Source of the DNA: Mustelus asterias
Lineage: Eukaryota
NCBI RefSeq assembly: GCF_964213995.1
Contig: NC_135805.1
Span: 83,452,001 to 83,516,000, forward strand
Length of the DNA: 64,000 nucleotides
Direction: 5' to 3'
The notes under the pieces were generated by a model, which did not search any database, was not told where the DNA came from, and was given only the letters and a program-made list of their open reading frames with translations. Made by a program: the position numbers and the translations under genes. Numbering within the stretch: position 1 is the first letter of the stretch; the number at the start of each line of letters is the position of its first letter. Positions 11,786 to 25,560 of the stretch are shown here, piece after piece.

Positions 11786-14557
11786 CGTGATCATGCTTGG
11801 CAAAGTACTGCAGTGGTTTGCTGTTGCCTCCTGCAGTATAACTGACCAGGAAATTTCCCTTACTGGCTGCCATCAGAGATATTGGAAGGATTTGCAGGCT
11901 GAGAATCAGCATATTTGACCATATTGTGAACCATTTGGTCACCGAATCCCTGAAGTGGGACTTGAACTTGGGGCTTCTGTGCTAGAAGTCAGGAGGGATG
12001 CTACCATTGCAACACAAGGCCTTCGAGTAATGTATTGGGGTGGCAAATAAATTATAAAACAAATAACAAAAGAGGATATGCCTGTGCACATTTTTAAAAC
12101 TCACTATTGCAATCCTCATAGCTGTAGCCTCTTGAAAGTTACCTTCATTATGAATTTTGAAGGTGACGAGGACATTTTTTTTAAGAGTTGAAAACTTTCA
12201 GTGAATTTAGATCAATTATGAAGTCTCCTTTGTCTCCACACTGAGATTTAAACTTTTGAAGGAAATTATCTTAGTGAAAGGAGGACATGGTGATATAATG
12301 GACTTTCACTGGAACTAATATACATCACACAGCCATCCGAGGGAATAACACTAGATATTTATGGTCTTATCTTTTAATCACAATTATAAATTTTAAACAT
12401 TTTAAAAAATGAAAGTGAAAATGCTGCACATTTTTAAGCAGCAGCAACTTTGTCCTAAGGTAGAAATGCTGCTTTACAAAAGGTGTTACTATACCAACCA
12501 ATGCTGCTGTAATTAGCAACTCGAGAACTCATTTAAAAACAAGAAATTACACTGGACTAATGTGCTTTTTTAAAGCCTATTTTGTTGTACAATAATTTTG
12601 AAAAACCTGTATATTAATATAAAATCTATTTTGACCAGTCTTCATTGTATTTAAATAAATAAGGTTGTGCTGTGTACTGAGCATGGTTTGGTGATGCAAT
12701 GTGACTTTTAGTATTTTATACTAGCACATTGAAAATGTTGGCAGCAATGACTTATTTGTTTTTTTAACTGTGGTTACAAAGAACTTTGAGTAATATTTAA
12801 ATGGAAAGAAAACTAATTTATTCCATTGTCAAGCTTCTTATTGACATTTTGTAATATAATTTGTTACCAACTGGAACCACTGTACTCACCATAATGAAAC
12901 TATCTCTGGACGTCTAGATTAATTAGCAAGCATCATTAATTTATTTGGTCTGTGACCTGTGCCATTTAAAGCTCCAAGTACTCATTGAAACACAAACAGC
13001 ACTAAGTCTGTGTTAGTATTACCGTGATTGATTCAAAATATGAAGCTGTACTATGAGTTGTGAGATGGTCAGCGAGAAATGTTGAGGCTGAATGCTAATA
13101 GTAGTGGCAGACTTAAGTTCATCCTAGCGGGTATCTATGCAAACGAGTTGTTTAATTCCATAGTTTTGCTGTTTGAATGCAGTCTTCAGAAGAATTCTCT
13201 TGCAGACCGTCTAGTTTGGACCACTTTCCACTGCAGCCTTTTCAGTAATACAGAACAATGGTTCTATCAAATCCATTTTGAAAATGCTGCTTTAATATTA
13301 CCGTTTTTGTAAATTTACACTTGCTCTGAAAACATTAGAAAATCTCCAACTACTCTGTATGTTGGTTAGCACACACGGGTAGAATTATCTCACAGTGAAG
13401 CCCAGTAACCCATAGAGTAACAGTGTGAATACAGTAGGTGTAATATAATGGCAGCATTCTGTAAACTTCACGAATTTATTGAGTTTCCAATAATTCACAA
13501 TTTGATATTGTTATATTCTAATTGCCTACAGTTGTGCTGAATTTTGGATAAAATCTGTACTATAATAAAATCACTACCAGTGCTTTTTACAATTAATGTA
13601 CATGAAATAATAAAAATCCTGAGACATATTCAGATGGGAAGGAATTTGTTTTGTTAACTGAATGAATGGCGAGCTGCAAAGTAGAGAACGAAAGTTTAAC
13701 ATGATTTCATTAGCACTGAATACACGCTTATTTTCAAAGTGCTTTCCAGGATGATAGAGAATTTGCAGAGCAGAAGGGAAAAATGAATGGGAACCAGGTG
13801 GGGGGCTGTTGTGGGGTAAATTGAGATAGTCAGTACTGTCTTTAGCTACAGACAACACAAAACTCATGAGGCAGATATTTTTGTATAAAGACATAACATT
13901 TATTTAATAAAAACACAACAAGCAGCTAATCCGAGATCACCAAAATGGTTAAGCAGCATGGGATAGAGGGGCAAAACTTCTCTGATGAATCTCATGTTTA
14001 CAATCAAAAACAGATCAATTATAGTTTTTCTTATCAATTATTCCTGCCTTACATTAGTTTAAAATCAATTACGTGCAGTATACACACATCAATAATAATC
14101 TCTGACATTCACCTCAGCCAATTGCATTCTACCATCCAATATAATATTTCATTTGTCCATTTAATCTGGATGCTAACTCCCATTTTGGCTAAAGTCACTT
14201 CCTGGTTGTCTGGTTACCCTAGATGCTTGCTACAAGGGTCAAAGTGGACGTTCCCACTGGATCATTGCCAACCTGGATGAATACTTGGTCTTGTGTCCAG
14301 GCACGTCCCTATTCATAATGTTGCAAAATCTGTTCCCTCACCAGAAACTTTCTGATAAGAATTTTGCTAACTACGGGGTTCCCAGGCCTTTGGCTCTGAA
14401 CTCTTCACCTTTACCGTCATCCTTTATGCTGGCCTGCTTTCAGCTGAAGTGAGCAATGATTTATACAATACTTAAAATATATTTAAAAACAATATATATG
14501 TTTTAAAATCATAATTACTTTTTAAATTCTCTTACTGCACCGCAGATGTGTAAACTG

Positions 14558-15179
14558 TGTAGGAGGGAACAAATGAGGAGACTTTGAGTCTGTCAGGCTT
14601 CAGTAAAATGGTTTTATTTCTACGTGCTTGAGGGAGAATCAGCCTGGACCCAGTGAAGTCCAGTCTGTATCTGGGCTGATTCTGAGGATACAAAGGCTGT
14701 GTATGCATTACTTAAACTGTTCTCTGGGGTCCAGAGTAATGTAATACAGGATATCATTGATACGAATAGCTTGAATTGATTATAGTTGATCACATTAGGC
14801 AGATCTATTGTCCTGGGTACTTCATGTTGATCAGTTGTGTCCGGCTATCCTTGTCTATCTGCTTTGTGACACAAAAGCAATGTGTGTGATAAATAGGTTT
14901 CGATAGTGTGATAACCATCCCATCTCCCCAGTTTCTAGGAACAATGGCTTCTCTAGACTCAGTGGAGCCTTGCTAATCAGTATCGATCCTGCATTGTTCG
15001 CCAAGGCCTTGAAATGATATCATCTGTAAAGTAACTGTGTTGGCAGTCTGAGATGTTAATTGGGTATGTCTGCCCGAAGTTATGGTGGACCCTGTTTTAA
15101 CCCTTTCTTAGACATTCCTTTTCCTGCTGTTACATACACACCCTGGATTTGCCCCAATACTGGATTCTGCCCTACTACA
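14558..15179 (-). mobile_element. Probable solo LTR (ERV-like)
   Basis: TG...CA ends with a near-perfect inverted repeat TGTAGGAGGG/CCCTACTACA; flanks ACTG/ATTG; AATAAA on the minus strand at ~14615. Confidence 0.55.
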
Positions 15180-16057
15180 ATTGTTTGTCTCATTAGCTTA
15201 TGAACTTATTCCAAGAATCATTTAACTTTTTACTGGTAGTCTTGCCAGTGTCTAAATTTATTCTGTTATGTACCTTGTTAACTAATTAGAAACTTCCCAC
15301 TTCAGGGACAAATGCAAATTAAAGAGGGAAGAAAGCTGTGACGTTTGAGCGAGAGAATTGCAGAGAGTGGGAAAAAGATGGTTGAAGGTGCAGCCATCAG
15401 AAATCAAGCAGGCCAGAATCAGAGGCTCAGAAGGTACGTAGAGGTTTTTACATAAAAAATAGGGGCGATTGCAGACATTCTGAGGGATAATCTCATAGAG
15501 ACACTTGGGGGGCGGGGAGGGGGGGGGGGGAGATGTCAGTTCACTCAGCAATTAGTGATGCTGAGCAAGGACTAGGGTGAGTTTTTGTGTGGATGAGGAC
15601 ATTGGCTAGAACATTCTTGATGATTTATTGTTATGGATGTTGGAGGAAGGGAGTAAGTTGCACATTGGATTAGACCAGCCATCAAGTGAAGATAGATTAG
15701 TATCTGAACAATAAAATAAGTGAATTAGGAAGGGATTGTGAATGTGATCAAAGGTTGTCTTCATCATGGATCACAGGAAGTAGTAAACTGGCTTTTTGGG
15801 TCAAGTGGTGCACCAATATTCTGCATCTCTGGGCTTCGCTTGAGAAATAGTTGGAAATGGTAGTGACGGACATTATTCGGTGTGTCCATCAGAATTGTTT
15901 GTGTAGCCAAGGCAGGAGAAAGCATTAGAGGCAAAGAGATGTAAATCAATGCAACTAAAAGAAAGCAATCTGAAGATAGAGATGTTTGTGGAGGATGGAA
16001 TTGGATGACCGGGTCAAAGGCTACAAAAAAGAGGAGAGGGATGTTCAGATAGGACAT

Positions 16058-16380
16058 TAAAGAACAAAGAAAATTACAGCACCGGAACAGGCCCTTCAGC
16101 CGTCCAAGCCTGCACCGACCATGCTACCCAACTGAACTAAAACCCCCTACCCTTCCGGGGACCACATCCCTCTATTCCCATCCTATTCATGTATTTGTCA
16201 AGACGCCCCTTAAAACTCACTATCGTATCTGCTTCCACTACCTCCCCTGGCAGCGCGTTCCAGGTATCCACCACCCTCTGTGTAAAAAAAAAAAACTTGC
16301 CTCATACATCTCCTTTAAACCTTGCCCCTTGCACCTTAAACCTATGCCCCCTAGTAATTGACTCTTCCACCCTGGGAAAA
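16058..16380 (-). mobile_element. CR1 LINE 3' fragment
   Basis: Reverse complement of CR1 3' end (TRGHRFKVQG...FTQRVV) with (AAAGAAC)-like tail. Confidence 0.88.
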
Positions 16381-17096
16381 AGTTACATTGTTGGTAACTT
16401 TGACCAATGGGATCTTAGTCCAATGGGTGGGGCCTGGTTGGAGACAAAAAAAGATTGAAAGTGTATTTACAAGGCAATGATGATGTTTTGTGATTGCAGA
16501 AATGAAAAGGAAGGAGGGTTGATGCAGTAGCTTGAGGGGAGTGGGGAGCAGTGGGAGTGATGATGAAGAGTATGGGGATAAGACAGAAGATGTGAAAGAT
16601 TGATGGTCATAAGCTTAGTTGGGGGGGGAGGGAGGGGTATGTTCAAATTGATATAAAAGCAATTCATTAATGGCACCAGGCAGATAAAGTTATTGTTGTG
16701 CCAAATGACACCTTTTCTGTCTTGTGAAATGCCTAGTCATGTTTATGTATAATCCATTAGTGACATTGACCTGTTAATTGATTTTAGTGTGGGAAATCTT
16801 GTACTGTGATGTAGAAAGTAAATTATTGGAACAAAGCATCATTTCAGTTTAGGGAAGACTGGTTTAACTCTCTGTGATTTCAATTTAATGTTTTGCTACT
16901 TGGATTTGACTGCACACTGCCACTGGCCATAATTCTCCAGATGAACTTTTCTAGAAGAATAATGACATTATGGTTTTCTATGCAAGACAAGTGCCCCATA
17001 CGCCTTAAAAAAAAATGTTACGATGCAATATTAAAGGTTGCAGAAACCATCATCTTTTGGGCAGTGGGCATTGCCAAGTGTCTGTTGGGCAGGATA

Positions 17097-18630
17097 CCAT
17101 AGAAACATAGAAAAACTACAGCACAAAACAGGCCCTTCAGCCCCACAAGTTGTGCCTACATATCCCTACCTTTTAGGCCTACCTATAATCCTCCATCCTA
17201 TTAAGTCCCATGTACTCAACCAGGAGTCTCTTAAAAGACCCTATTGAGTTTGCCTCCACCACCACTGATGGCAGCCAATTCCACTTGCCCACCACCCTCT
17301 GTGTGAAAAACTTGCCCTAACATTTCCCCTGTACCTACCCCCCAGCACCTTAAACCTGTGTCCTCTCGTAGCAGACATTTCCACCCTGGGAAAAAGCCTC
17401 TGAGAGTCCACCCGATCTATGCCTCTCAACATCTTATATACCTCTATTAGGTCTCCTCTCTACGTCTCTCCAAGGAGAAAAGACCGAGCTCCCTCAGCCT
17501 ATCCTCATAAGGCATGCCACTCAATCCAGGCAACATCGTTGTAAATCTCCTCTGCACCCTTTCAATCTTTTCCACATCCTTCCTGTAATGAGGTGACCAG
17601 AACTGAGCACAGTACTCCAAGTGGGGTCTGACGAGGGTCTTATATAGCTGCATCATTATCCCCGGACTCCTAAACTCAATCCCTCGATTGATAAAGGCCA
17701 GCACACCATACGCCTTCTTAACCACCTCCTCCACCTGCGGGGCCGATTTTAGAGTCCTATGGACCTGGACCCCAAGGTCCTTCTGATCCTCTACTAAGAG
17801 TCTTTTCCTTTTATATTGTACTCCTTCATCCCATTTGACCTGCCAAAATGGACCACTACGCATTTATCTGGGTTGAAATCCATCTGCCACTTCTCTGCCC
17901 AGTCTTGCATCCTATCTATGTCCCTCTGTAACTTCTGACATCCCTCCAGACTATCCACAACCCCACCAACCTTCGTGTCGTCGGCAAACTTACCAACCCA
18001 TTCCTCCACTTCCTCATCCAGGTCATTTATGAAAATGACAAACGGCACGGGTCCCAGAACAGATCCCTGGGGCACACCACTGGTGACCGACCTCCATTTA
18101 GAAAAAGACCCATCTATACCCACTCTCTGCCTCCTTTGGGCAAGCCAGTTCTGGATCCACCGGGCAGCAGCCCCTTGAATCCCATGCCCTCTCACGTTTT
18201 CTAGAAGCCTTGCATGGGGGACCTTAGCGAACGCCTTGCTAAAATCCATATAAACCACATCGACCGCTTTCCCTTCGTCAATGTGTTTAGTCACATTTTC
18301 GAAGAACTCCACCAGGCTCGTAAGACATGATCTGCCTTTGACAAAGCCATGCTGAGTATTCTTGAGCATACTAAACCTCTCTAAATGCTCATAAATCTTG
18401 TCCCTCAGGATCTTCTCCATCAGCTTACCAACCACTGAGGTTAGACTCACCGGTCGGTAATTTCCTGGGCTATCCTATTCCTCTCCTTGAAAATAGGAAC
18501 CACATCCGCAATCCTCCAATCCTCCGGAACCTCTCCCGTCTCCATCGATGACGCAAAGATCATCGCCAGAGGCTCTGCAATCTCTTCCCTCGCCTCCCAC
18601 AGTAACCTGGGGTACATCCCTTCCGGACCT
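17097..18630 (-). mobile_element. CR1 LINE, RT domain plus 3' end (frameshifted)
   Basis: Minus ORFs 17794-18450 (QHGFVKGRSCLT, MDFSKAF, GVPQGSVLGP, FADDTK), 17447-17863 and 17241-17432; (CATAGAAA)n tail. Confidence 0.95.
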
Positions 18631-19782
18631 GATAATGTAATTCGGCAACACCTATTATGTGCTGCATGGGCTCACTGCAACCTTGAATCCAGTAGTAAAA
18701 GAAATACTGCCGGGGGCTGGCAAACAGCAATTGTAATACCAATCGTCAAAATAGGCCACATTGCTTGGGTGGCTGAAAACCAACCAGAATTGTTGCTAAA
18801 GTATAACTCAACAATTTGAGATGGAACATTGTAATTTTAAAAATGTATGGCTTTTAAAAAAGATTTTCTAACGAGCCTTATTGAGTTATTTGAAGCAATA
18901 AAGAAGTGCAGGTAAGGGCAATGAAGTAGTTGCGGTACACATTAACTCCAGGTCTTTGATAAGGTGTCATCATACAAGAGCCTCGTGATGAATTCGAGTG
19001 CGGAGTCAGATATTGGAATGGTTTTAATGATGGTTACAAATGGAACGCAGGTGTCAGAAGTCATAAGTTTCTCAGTCTGGCAGATCTGTGTTGGGACTGC
19101 TGGCTATTCACTAAACTTGGAAGTTTGGTAGTCTGATTGAGAGAAGATGCACTGATTCTACTTTGTATCTGTTCACAGTCACATTTGGGGATTAGCACCA
19201 TAAATTATTGAATTATTTTTGCTAATGGTTTGGTGAACCACATCTCACCCCCCACCCCCCCCCCCCCCCCACCCCCCCGCAAGCATTTTTCAGTTAAAAA
19301 GCTCAGGTTTTTCTCCTACCTTCACACTAGAGTTCTAATTTATTACCGAGTAATTTGTCTGATTTGCTGTTTGTGGATATTTGTTGTGTGTAAATTGGCG
19401 CTCTCATTTCACTGCATTACAGCCGTGTTAGCACTTCATTAACTGTGCAGCGTTTGGAACATTTAACTGATGAGAAGTGTTATATAAATGCAAGTTGTTT
19501 GTTGTATTTGCATTTTTTGACCATGCTTTATGTTTTGTCTATGCCTTTCCAAACCACTAGATGGAGCAGTCATCATGGAAAAATCTTACACTAACCGCAA
19601 AGGACTGAACCCACTGTCGTCATAATCAACGTGACGCATAAGCATCAGCGTCACCAGTTTTATTAAGCCCAGGCCATTTACCTTATTTAACATTGCAAAT
19701 TGACAGCTTAGTGATAGACACACTATTAAGATATCTGACCTGAAGTTTAGAAACCTTCGAGATGAAAGCCGGACGATTCAAG

Positions 19783-19881
19783 TCTCTGACGAAGGATCAA
19801 CCAGACTTGAAACGTTGGCTCTGTTCTCTCTCCACAGGTGCTGTCAGACCTCCTGAGATTTTCCAGCATTTCTGCTTCTGT
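19783..19881 (+). mobile_element. PLE family B terminal repeat with hammerhead-like core; a weaker copy lies at 20376-20470
   Basis: CTGACGA-AGGATC-AACCA-GACTT-GAAA-CG-TT, followed by CTCTCTCCACAGGTGCTGTCAGACCTCCTGAG. Confidence 0.65.
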
Positions 19882-20635
19882 CACGAGTATATGGACAACA
19901 CAATCGTACACAAACCTCAATTCCCAGACATACTTGTTAATTTTATTTGAGGCTTCACTTTCATCCCACTCTGGATTGAGGTTGTCGTGAAAACTAAAGG
20001 TCCCCTGGCCAATCGTAAAGGCAGACGGGCAACATAAAATCCCAGTCAGCTGCTGTTTGTTTAATTTAAATTGGCTACTTGATTGTCAGTGGGTGCACGA
20101 CCTCCTCATTCCTACCAATTGAAACATTGCGCGAGGGGGACGATGCCATTGGAACGTGCGCCCGATGTATTATTGTGTGATTTTACATGCTTTCGGGTCG
20201 GGCCCACCTGAGCAATGTAAAACTCTGGCCAATGTCTTAAATTGCAAGAAGTAACGTTAAGCAGTGTGTCATTGAAATCAGATGTATGAATATGGTTTTC
20301 TCACACTCCCAAGATGTGTTACTCTTTATAAATTTTCCTACATTAAAACAGTGACCACACGTAAAGTATCTGGGCTCTGAAGAAGAGGCGTGCAGACACA
20401 AAAGGCTAACTCTGTTTCTCTCTCCACAGACCTGCTGAGTTTTGCCAGCTATTTTCTGTTTTTACTTCAGAAGTATTTCATTGGTTGTGAGTGCTTTGGG
20501 ATGCCCTGACATTGTGAAAGAAGTTCCATAAAATGCAAGTTTTATCTTTCTTTTTTCTGAAATATAAATAAATTTAATGGCCTATTTCTGTTACTGACAA
20601 TCTGCCAAGTGGACAGCAAGCTCTCGCCTATGTAC

Positions 20636-20705
20636 CTGAATGGGTTAGACAGAATATCCAGGCATCCATCAGTCACAATACGGTAGTTGTTGCTGTCTGT
20701 TGTAC
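20636..20705 (-). CDS. Candidate 70-nt internal exon of a minus-strand transcript
   Basis: Acceptor CTCTTTTATTCAATTCAG, donor CAG|GTACAT, open frame TTDSNNYRIVTDGCLDILSNPF. Confidence 0.3.
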
Positions 20706-21748
20706 CTGAATTGAATAAAAGAGTAGAATGTATTGAGAAATGATATTCAATGCACAACACTCATTTATCAAGTGTGAAGATGTACTTTGTATTTAATTGT
20801 CAATGTATTTTGAATACTGAATTACTATTTTTCTGGCTAATTTTTTATATTCTGTAGGGCAAACACCATCTGCTTAACAGTCTACTGCAGACTGAATTCC
20901 ATCAGAGATTATATCAAATATTTCACAAAGGATGTCTTCTGGTGCATTATCTGGATGCTGCATCTCCTCAATGTCAGCCAGGGCAGTCAATAAAAATACA
21001 CCTCCCATAAGATAACAACAGGTCTGACCTACTGGAATAAAAACCTGGACTTTGTACTAATATTACAGATCAGGGACACGCAGGCCACCCTCGTACCAAG
21101 GGCTGCAAGAGCCTAAATAATGGGAATTATACCACATTGTGTAATTCCCTCATTTGCACAGTGTCACAATACACTTGGCGAGTTACTTGTGAATGTAATT
21201 ATACCAAATCCCATTTCTGTGCAAACTCTGTCCCATCCACCCAGATTAAGAGACTTTAATGCTAATTTTGGGTGGAAGTTTGGGTTTCTGCTCACTGTTA
21301 ATATCACATGGAAGAAAACATTTCGAATTACAACCAAAAACTGGAAAATACCACTAATTTAGCAAACGCAATCATATCAGTGTGGGATGTAAGTAAGTTA
21401 CGAGAATCATCAACATTCCAGCAAACCTGTTTGTTGTTGTTTCTCTTCCCGTACCTAGTGGTGCACAAGACAGACTTTTATCTGTTCCCGTAGCGAAGTT
21501 TTGCCCGGAACTGGTTGTTAGTCTGTCACCAGAGGCTTATAACTTGAGGGGCGCCACTCCACATCAAACATGGCTGACCAGTAGTCTCTCCCACTCTTAC
21601 CGCCAGCCATTGGCATGTTGGAAGAGTTTTGCAGGTAGAAACTCAACCTGTTGGCCATATTATGAACGCACCTTCCTTGGGCATTAATTCCTGGGGTGGG
21701 AACCTGCAGCTTCTGGTCAGTGACAGGGACACTATCCTCTGCATCCTT

Positions 21749-23003
21749 TTTATGAAGATGTGACGAGGGCGGTTGATGGAGGAGAACCGGTGGATGCGGT
21801 GTTTTTGGATTTCCAAAAGGCGTTTGATAAGGTGCCCCATAAAAGGCTGCTGAAGAAGATTAGGGCACACGGAGTTGGGGGTAGTGTGTTAAAGTGGATT
21901 GGGGACTGGCTATCCGACAGGAAGCAAAGAGTCGGAATAAATGGGTGTTTTTCCGGTTGGAGGAAGGTAACTAGTGGCGTGCCGCAGGGATCGGTACTCG
22001 GGCCGCAACTGTTTACCATTTATATAGATGATCTGGAGGAGGGGACGGAGTGTAGGGTAACGAAGTTTGCAGACGACACAAAGATAAGTGGAAAAGTGAA
22101 TCGTGTGGAGGACGGAGAAGATCTGCAGAGAGATTTGGACAGGCTGAGTGAGTGGGCGAGGATATGGCAAATGGAGTATAACGTTGAGAAATGCGAGGTT
22201 ATACACTTTGGAGGAAATAATAACAAATGGGATTACTATCTCAATGGAAACAAATTAAAACATGCTACCGTGCAAAGGGACCTGGGGGTCCTTGTGCATG
22301 AGACGCAAAAGCCCAGTCTGCAGGTACAACAGGTGATCAAGAAGGCAAATGGGATGTTGGCCTATATTGCGAGGGGGATAGAATATAAAAGCAGGGATGT
22401 CTTGATGCACCTGTACAGGGCATTGGTGAGGCCGCAGCTGGAATACTGTGTGCAGTATTGGTCCCCTTATATGAGGAAGGATATATTGGCATTGGAGGGA
22501 GTGCAGAGAAGGTTCACCAGGTTGATACCGGAGATGAGGGGTTTGGATTATGAGGAGAGGCTGAGGAGATTGGGTTTGTACTCGTTGGAGTTTAGAAGGA
22601 TGAGGGGGGATCTTATGGAGACTTATAAGATAATGCGGGGGCTGGATAGGGTGGAGGCGGAGAGATTCTTTCCACTTAGTAAGGAAGTTAAAACTAGAGG
22701 ACACAGCCTCAAAATAAAGGGGGGTCGGTTTAAGACAGAGTTGAGGAGGAACTTCTTCTCCCAGAGGGTGGTGAATCTCTGGAATTCTCTGCCCACTGAG
22801 GTGGTGGAGGCTACCTCGCTGAATATGTTTAAAGCGCGGATGGATGGATTCCTGAGCGGTAAGGGAATTAAGGGTTATGGGGATCAGGCGGGTAAGTGGT
22901 ACTGATCCACGTCAGATCAGCCATGATCTTATTGAATGGCGGGGCAGGCTCGAGGGGCTAGATGGCCTACTCCTGCTCCTATTTCTTATGTTCTTATGTT
23001 CTT
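21749..23003 (+). mobile_element. Young 5'-truncated CR1 LINE
   Basis: Uninterrupted RT ORF, 3' UTR hairpin region and (TTCTTATG)n tail. Confidence 0.96.
21760..22905 (+). CDS. CR1 ORF2 reverse transcriptase C-terminal part (381 aa, 5'-truncated)
   Basis: LDFQKAFDKVPH, GVPQGSVLGP, FADDTK, LVRPQLEYCVQYWSP, RRMRGDL, FFSQRVVNLWNSLP. Confidence 0.9.
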   Translation: MTRAVDGGEPVDAVFLDFQKAFDKVPHKRLLKKIRAHGVGGSVLKWIGDWLSDRKQRVGINGCFSGWRKVTSGVPQGSVLGPQLFTIYIDDLEEGTECRVTKFADDTKISGKVNRVEDGEDLQRDLDRLSEWARIWQMEYNVEKCEVIHFGGNNNKWDYYLNGNKLKHATVQRDLGVLVHETQKPSLQVQQVIKKANGMLAYIARGIEYKSRDVLMHLYRALVRPQLEYCVQYWSPYMRKDILALEGVQRRFTRLIPEMRGLDYEERLRRLGLYSLEFRRMRGDLMETYKIMRGLDRVEAERFFPLSKEVKTRGHSLKIKGGRFKTELRRNFFSQRVVNLWNSLPTEVVEATSLNMFKARMDGFLSGKGIKGYGDQAGKWY

Positions 23004-23904
23004 ACAAGGCCTCCTATCGGCACCTGCCATGAACTTGAAATATTGATGTTATAAACTTTTTCCTACAATATTTGCAATCCCTGATTTTCTATCTCATTTT
23101 CCTGTGAATACAGTATTCCCTGCTTGGGAGCACCTGGAAAATTAACCTTATAATATTTTAAAATCTTTCCCTTTATGAGCTGTAATAATAATACATGCGC
23201 CACTGCTTTAATGCATAGGCGAGAGATTGTTTTTAGCATCGTTAACAAATGAATGCGTTTGTATGTATTTGTTCACCACCTCTTTTAATGGAGGCATTAA
23301 TCATTTTGAATTGAAATTTCAGGTATAATAGTGGACAAGGCATTGCCATCCATACCTATTTAGCATTAGAATGCTAATACCTTAAATACTCATTTCTCAG
23401 CCCATATTGTTCTAGTTCATAGTTGTTTCTGAACAATCTAATCTGAATAAAATCCAGATTCATTTTCACAATTGCAACAAACTGTGATAACATCTTTATT
23501 TGAGTTCTGTCTCAAATAAATTAATCTGCAAGGGGAGTTTTGTCACATTGGTTTATTTGTTAGTTTTCGGGGACACATCACCTTCACAGATAAGCTTTTC
23601 CAGTTCTCTGTTGTCTCTGTAGCTGCTCTGTGACAAGGAGGAGGTCGACACATCTCACTGAGAATTGGACCCCAAGAATCTCATCTGTACAGCTTTTGCA
23701 ATGGTTTGCCGCACATAGTGAACAAAAAAGCATGCATTTATACAGCCCTTCTCACATCTTCATATCATGCCAAATCACCCGACAGCAATGAAACACCATT
23801 GAAATGTAGTCCAGGCTGTGCAGACAAACAGAGCAGCCATTGTTTTCCAAAGCAAAGTCCCATAATAGCACTGTAAGAAATGACCAGTTCATTTCTTAGT
23901 GATT

Positions 23905-24651
23905 AAAGCAAAATACTGCAGATGCTGGAAATCTGAAATAAAAACAAAAAATATTCAAAAAAACATGACGGGTCTGGCATCAGCTGTGGAGAGGGAGAAA
24001 AACAGAGTCCATGTTTCAAGTCCAACATTATTCCTTTTTGGAACTTGAATTCTGAAGAAACATGGAAACTAGAAGCAGGAGTAGGCCATTCGGCCCTCAA
24101 GCCTGCTTTGCCATTCATTGCTGATGAATCATGGCTGATCATCAAATTCAATATCCTGATGTCCCCCCATATTTCTTGATCCATTTAGCCCCCAGAGCCT
24201 CAACTGCATTCTGTGGTAGTGAATTCCACATGTTCACCACCCTCTGAGTGAAGAAATTTCTCCTCCCTCAGTTCTAAAAGGTTTACTCCTTATCCTCAAA
24301 CTATGACTCCTAGTTCTGGGCTCCTCCACCATTGGGAACATTCTTTCTGAATCTACCCTGCCTAACCCTGTTAGAATTTATATGTTTCTTTGAGATCCCC
24401 TCTCGCTCTTCTAAACACCAATGAATATAATCCTAACTGACTTAGTTTCTCCTCATATGACAGACCCCCCATCCCAGGAATCAGCCTGGTAAACCTTCGC
24501 TGTACTCCCTCTATAGCAAGGACATCCTTCCTCAGATAAGGACACCAAAACTACACACAATATTACAGATGTGGCCTCACCAGTGCCCTATACAATTGCA
24601 GCAAAAAAAGTTATATTGGACTCAAAATGTTAACTCTGTTTCTTTCTCCAC
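23905..24651. mobile_element. Old fold-back PLE family B insertion split by a CR1
   Basis: Minus arm 23905-24045. The plus arm TTCTGAAGAA...[CR1]...GGACTCAAAATGTTAACTCTGTTTCTTTCTCCACA resumes at ~24608. Confidence 0.6.
24057..24604 (-). mobile_element. CR1 LINE 3' fragment
   Basis: Reverse complement encodes LYRALVRPHL...RKDVLAIEGVQRRFTRLIPG. Confidence 0.88.
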
Positions 24652-25560
24652 ATCGGTTTGTGATGTTTGTTTGGGAACTCGATCACTGGTTATCTAAATG
24701 ATGTTTTAATACTCTGATATGTATGCAATATTCATAGATATCCAAGTAATTCATTCTAATAATAAAGGTATGAAATGTATTTGCCATTTTATGTGCATTT
24801 AATGACCCAATGGATTTACAGTTTCATCAATTGCCAGACTATACCCTGGCGATAACCTGCTCTGATGTTGTCTCAGCAGTCTTGTGATACCTTTTGTGTG
24901 ATCTATTGTGTCAAGCACAAGTGTGCTAGCAGACTATTTAACTAAAACTGACATTGCAACTGAAGCCAGTCATGCCCTCAATTGTCAACCTATCTGGCAG
25001 AGGGCCACTGCACAGCAATCATTAGAGGGAACAGTAGCTGTTTGTAACATGCCTTAGCCAGCGTGGTCCATTCTAATATACTTACAATATACATTTGAAA
25101 ATTTACTTTAAATTAAGCATCATCCTAAATAAAATCTCGTGAGGTTATAGGGATGGGGCCTGGGTAGAATGCACTGTCGGAGGTTGGTGCAGATTTGATG
25201 GGCCGAATGGTCTCCTCCTGCACTGTAGGGATTCTATAAGAATGACTGAATTGTTTCATGATGTGTCTGAGATTCCAGTTCGTGAATTCACAACAATCCA
25301 GGTGGAAACCTTATTTTACCAGCACAACTGAGAAACCTTTGTATTATTTCCCTGGCGAGGATTTAGCGATGGTTGGCAAGACCGAACGCAGCCATGTTTC
25401 CCAGGATCTCACGAGATCAATGAACAAATGCAACGTTATGCTGTCTGGCCACTTCAGTGCTGGCCAGTATAAAACACATCCAGACAGGGTCAGCAAGGCC
25501 AGTGAGGTCAGGAGCATGGTGAGTACCAGGTCCAATGGCGGCCATGAAGTTTAAAGATAG

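Noticed and set aside
15290-16680. Possible ancient L2 LINE around the CR1 at 16058
   Set aside because: Purine-rich texture is suggestive, but no protein motif could be read with confidence.
20858-21010. Open frames on both strands with a plus-strand acceptor-like site
   Set aside because: No recognisable product, donor site or phase partner.
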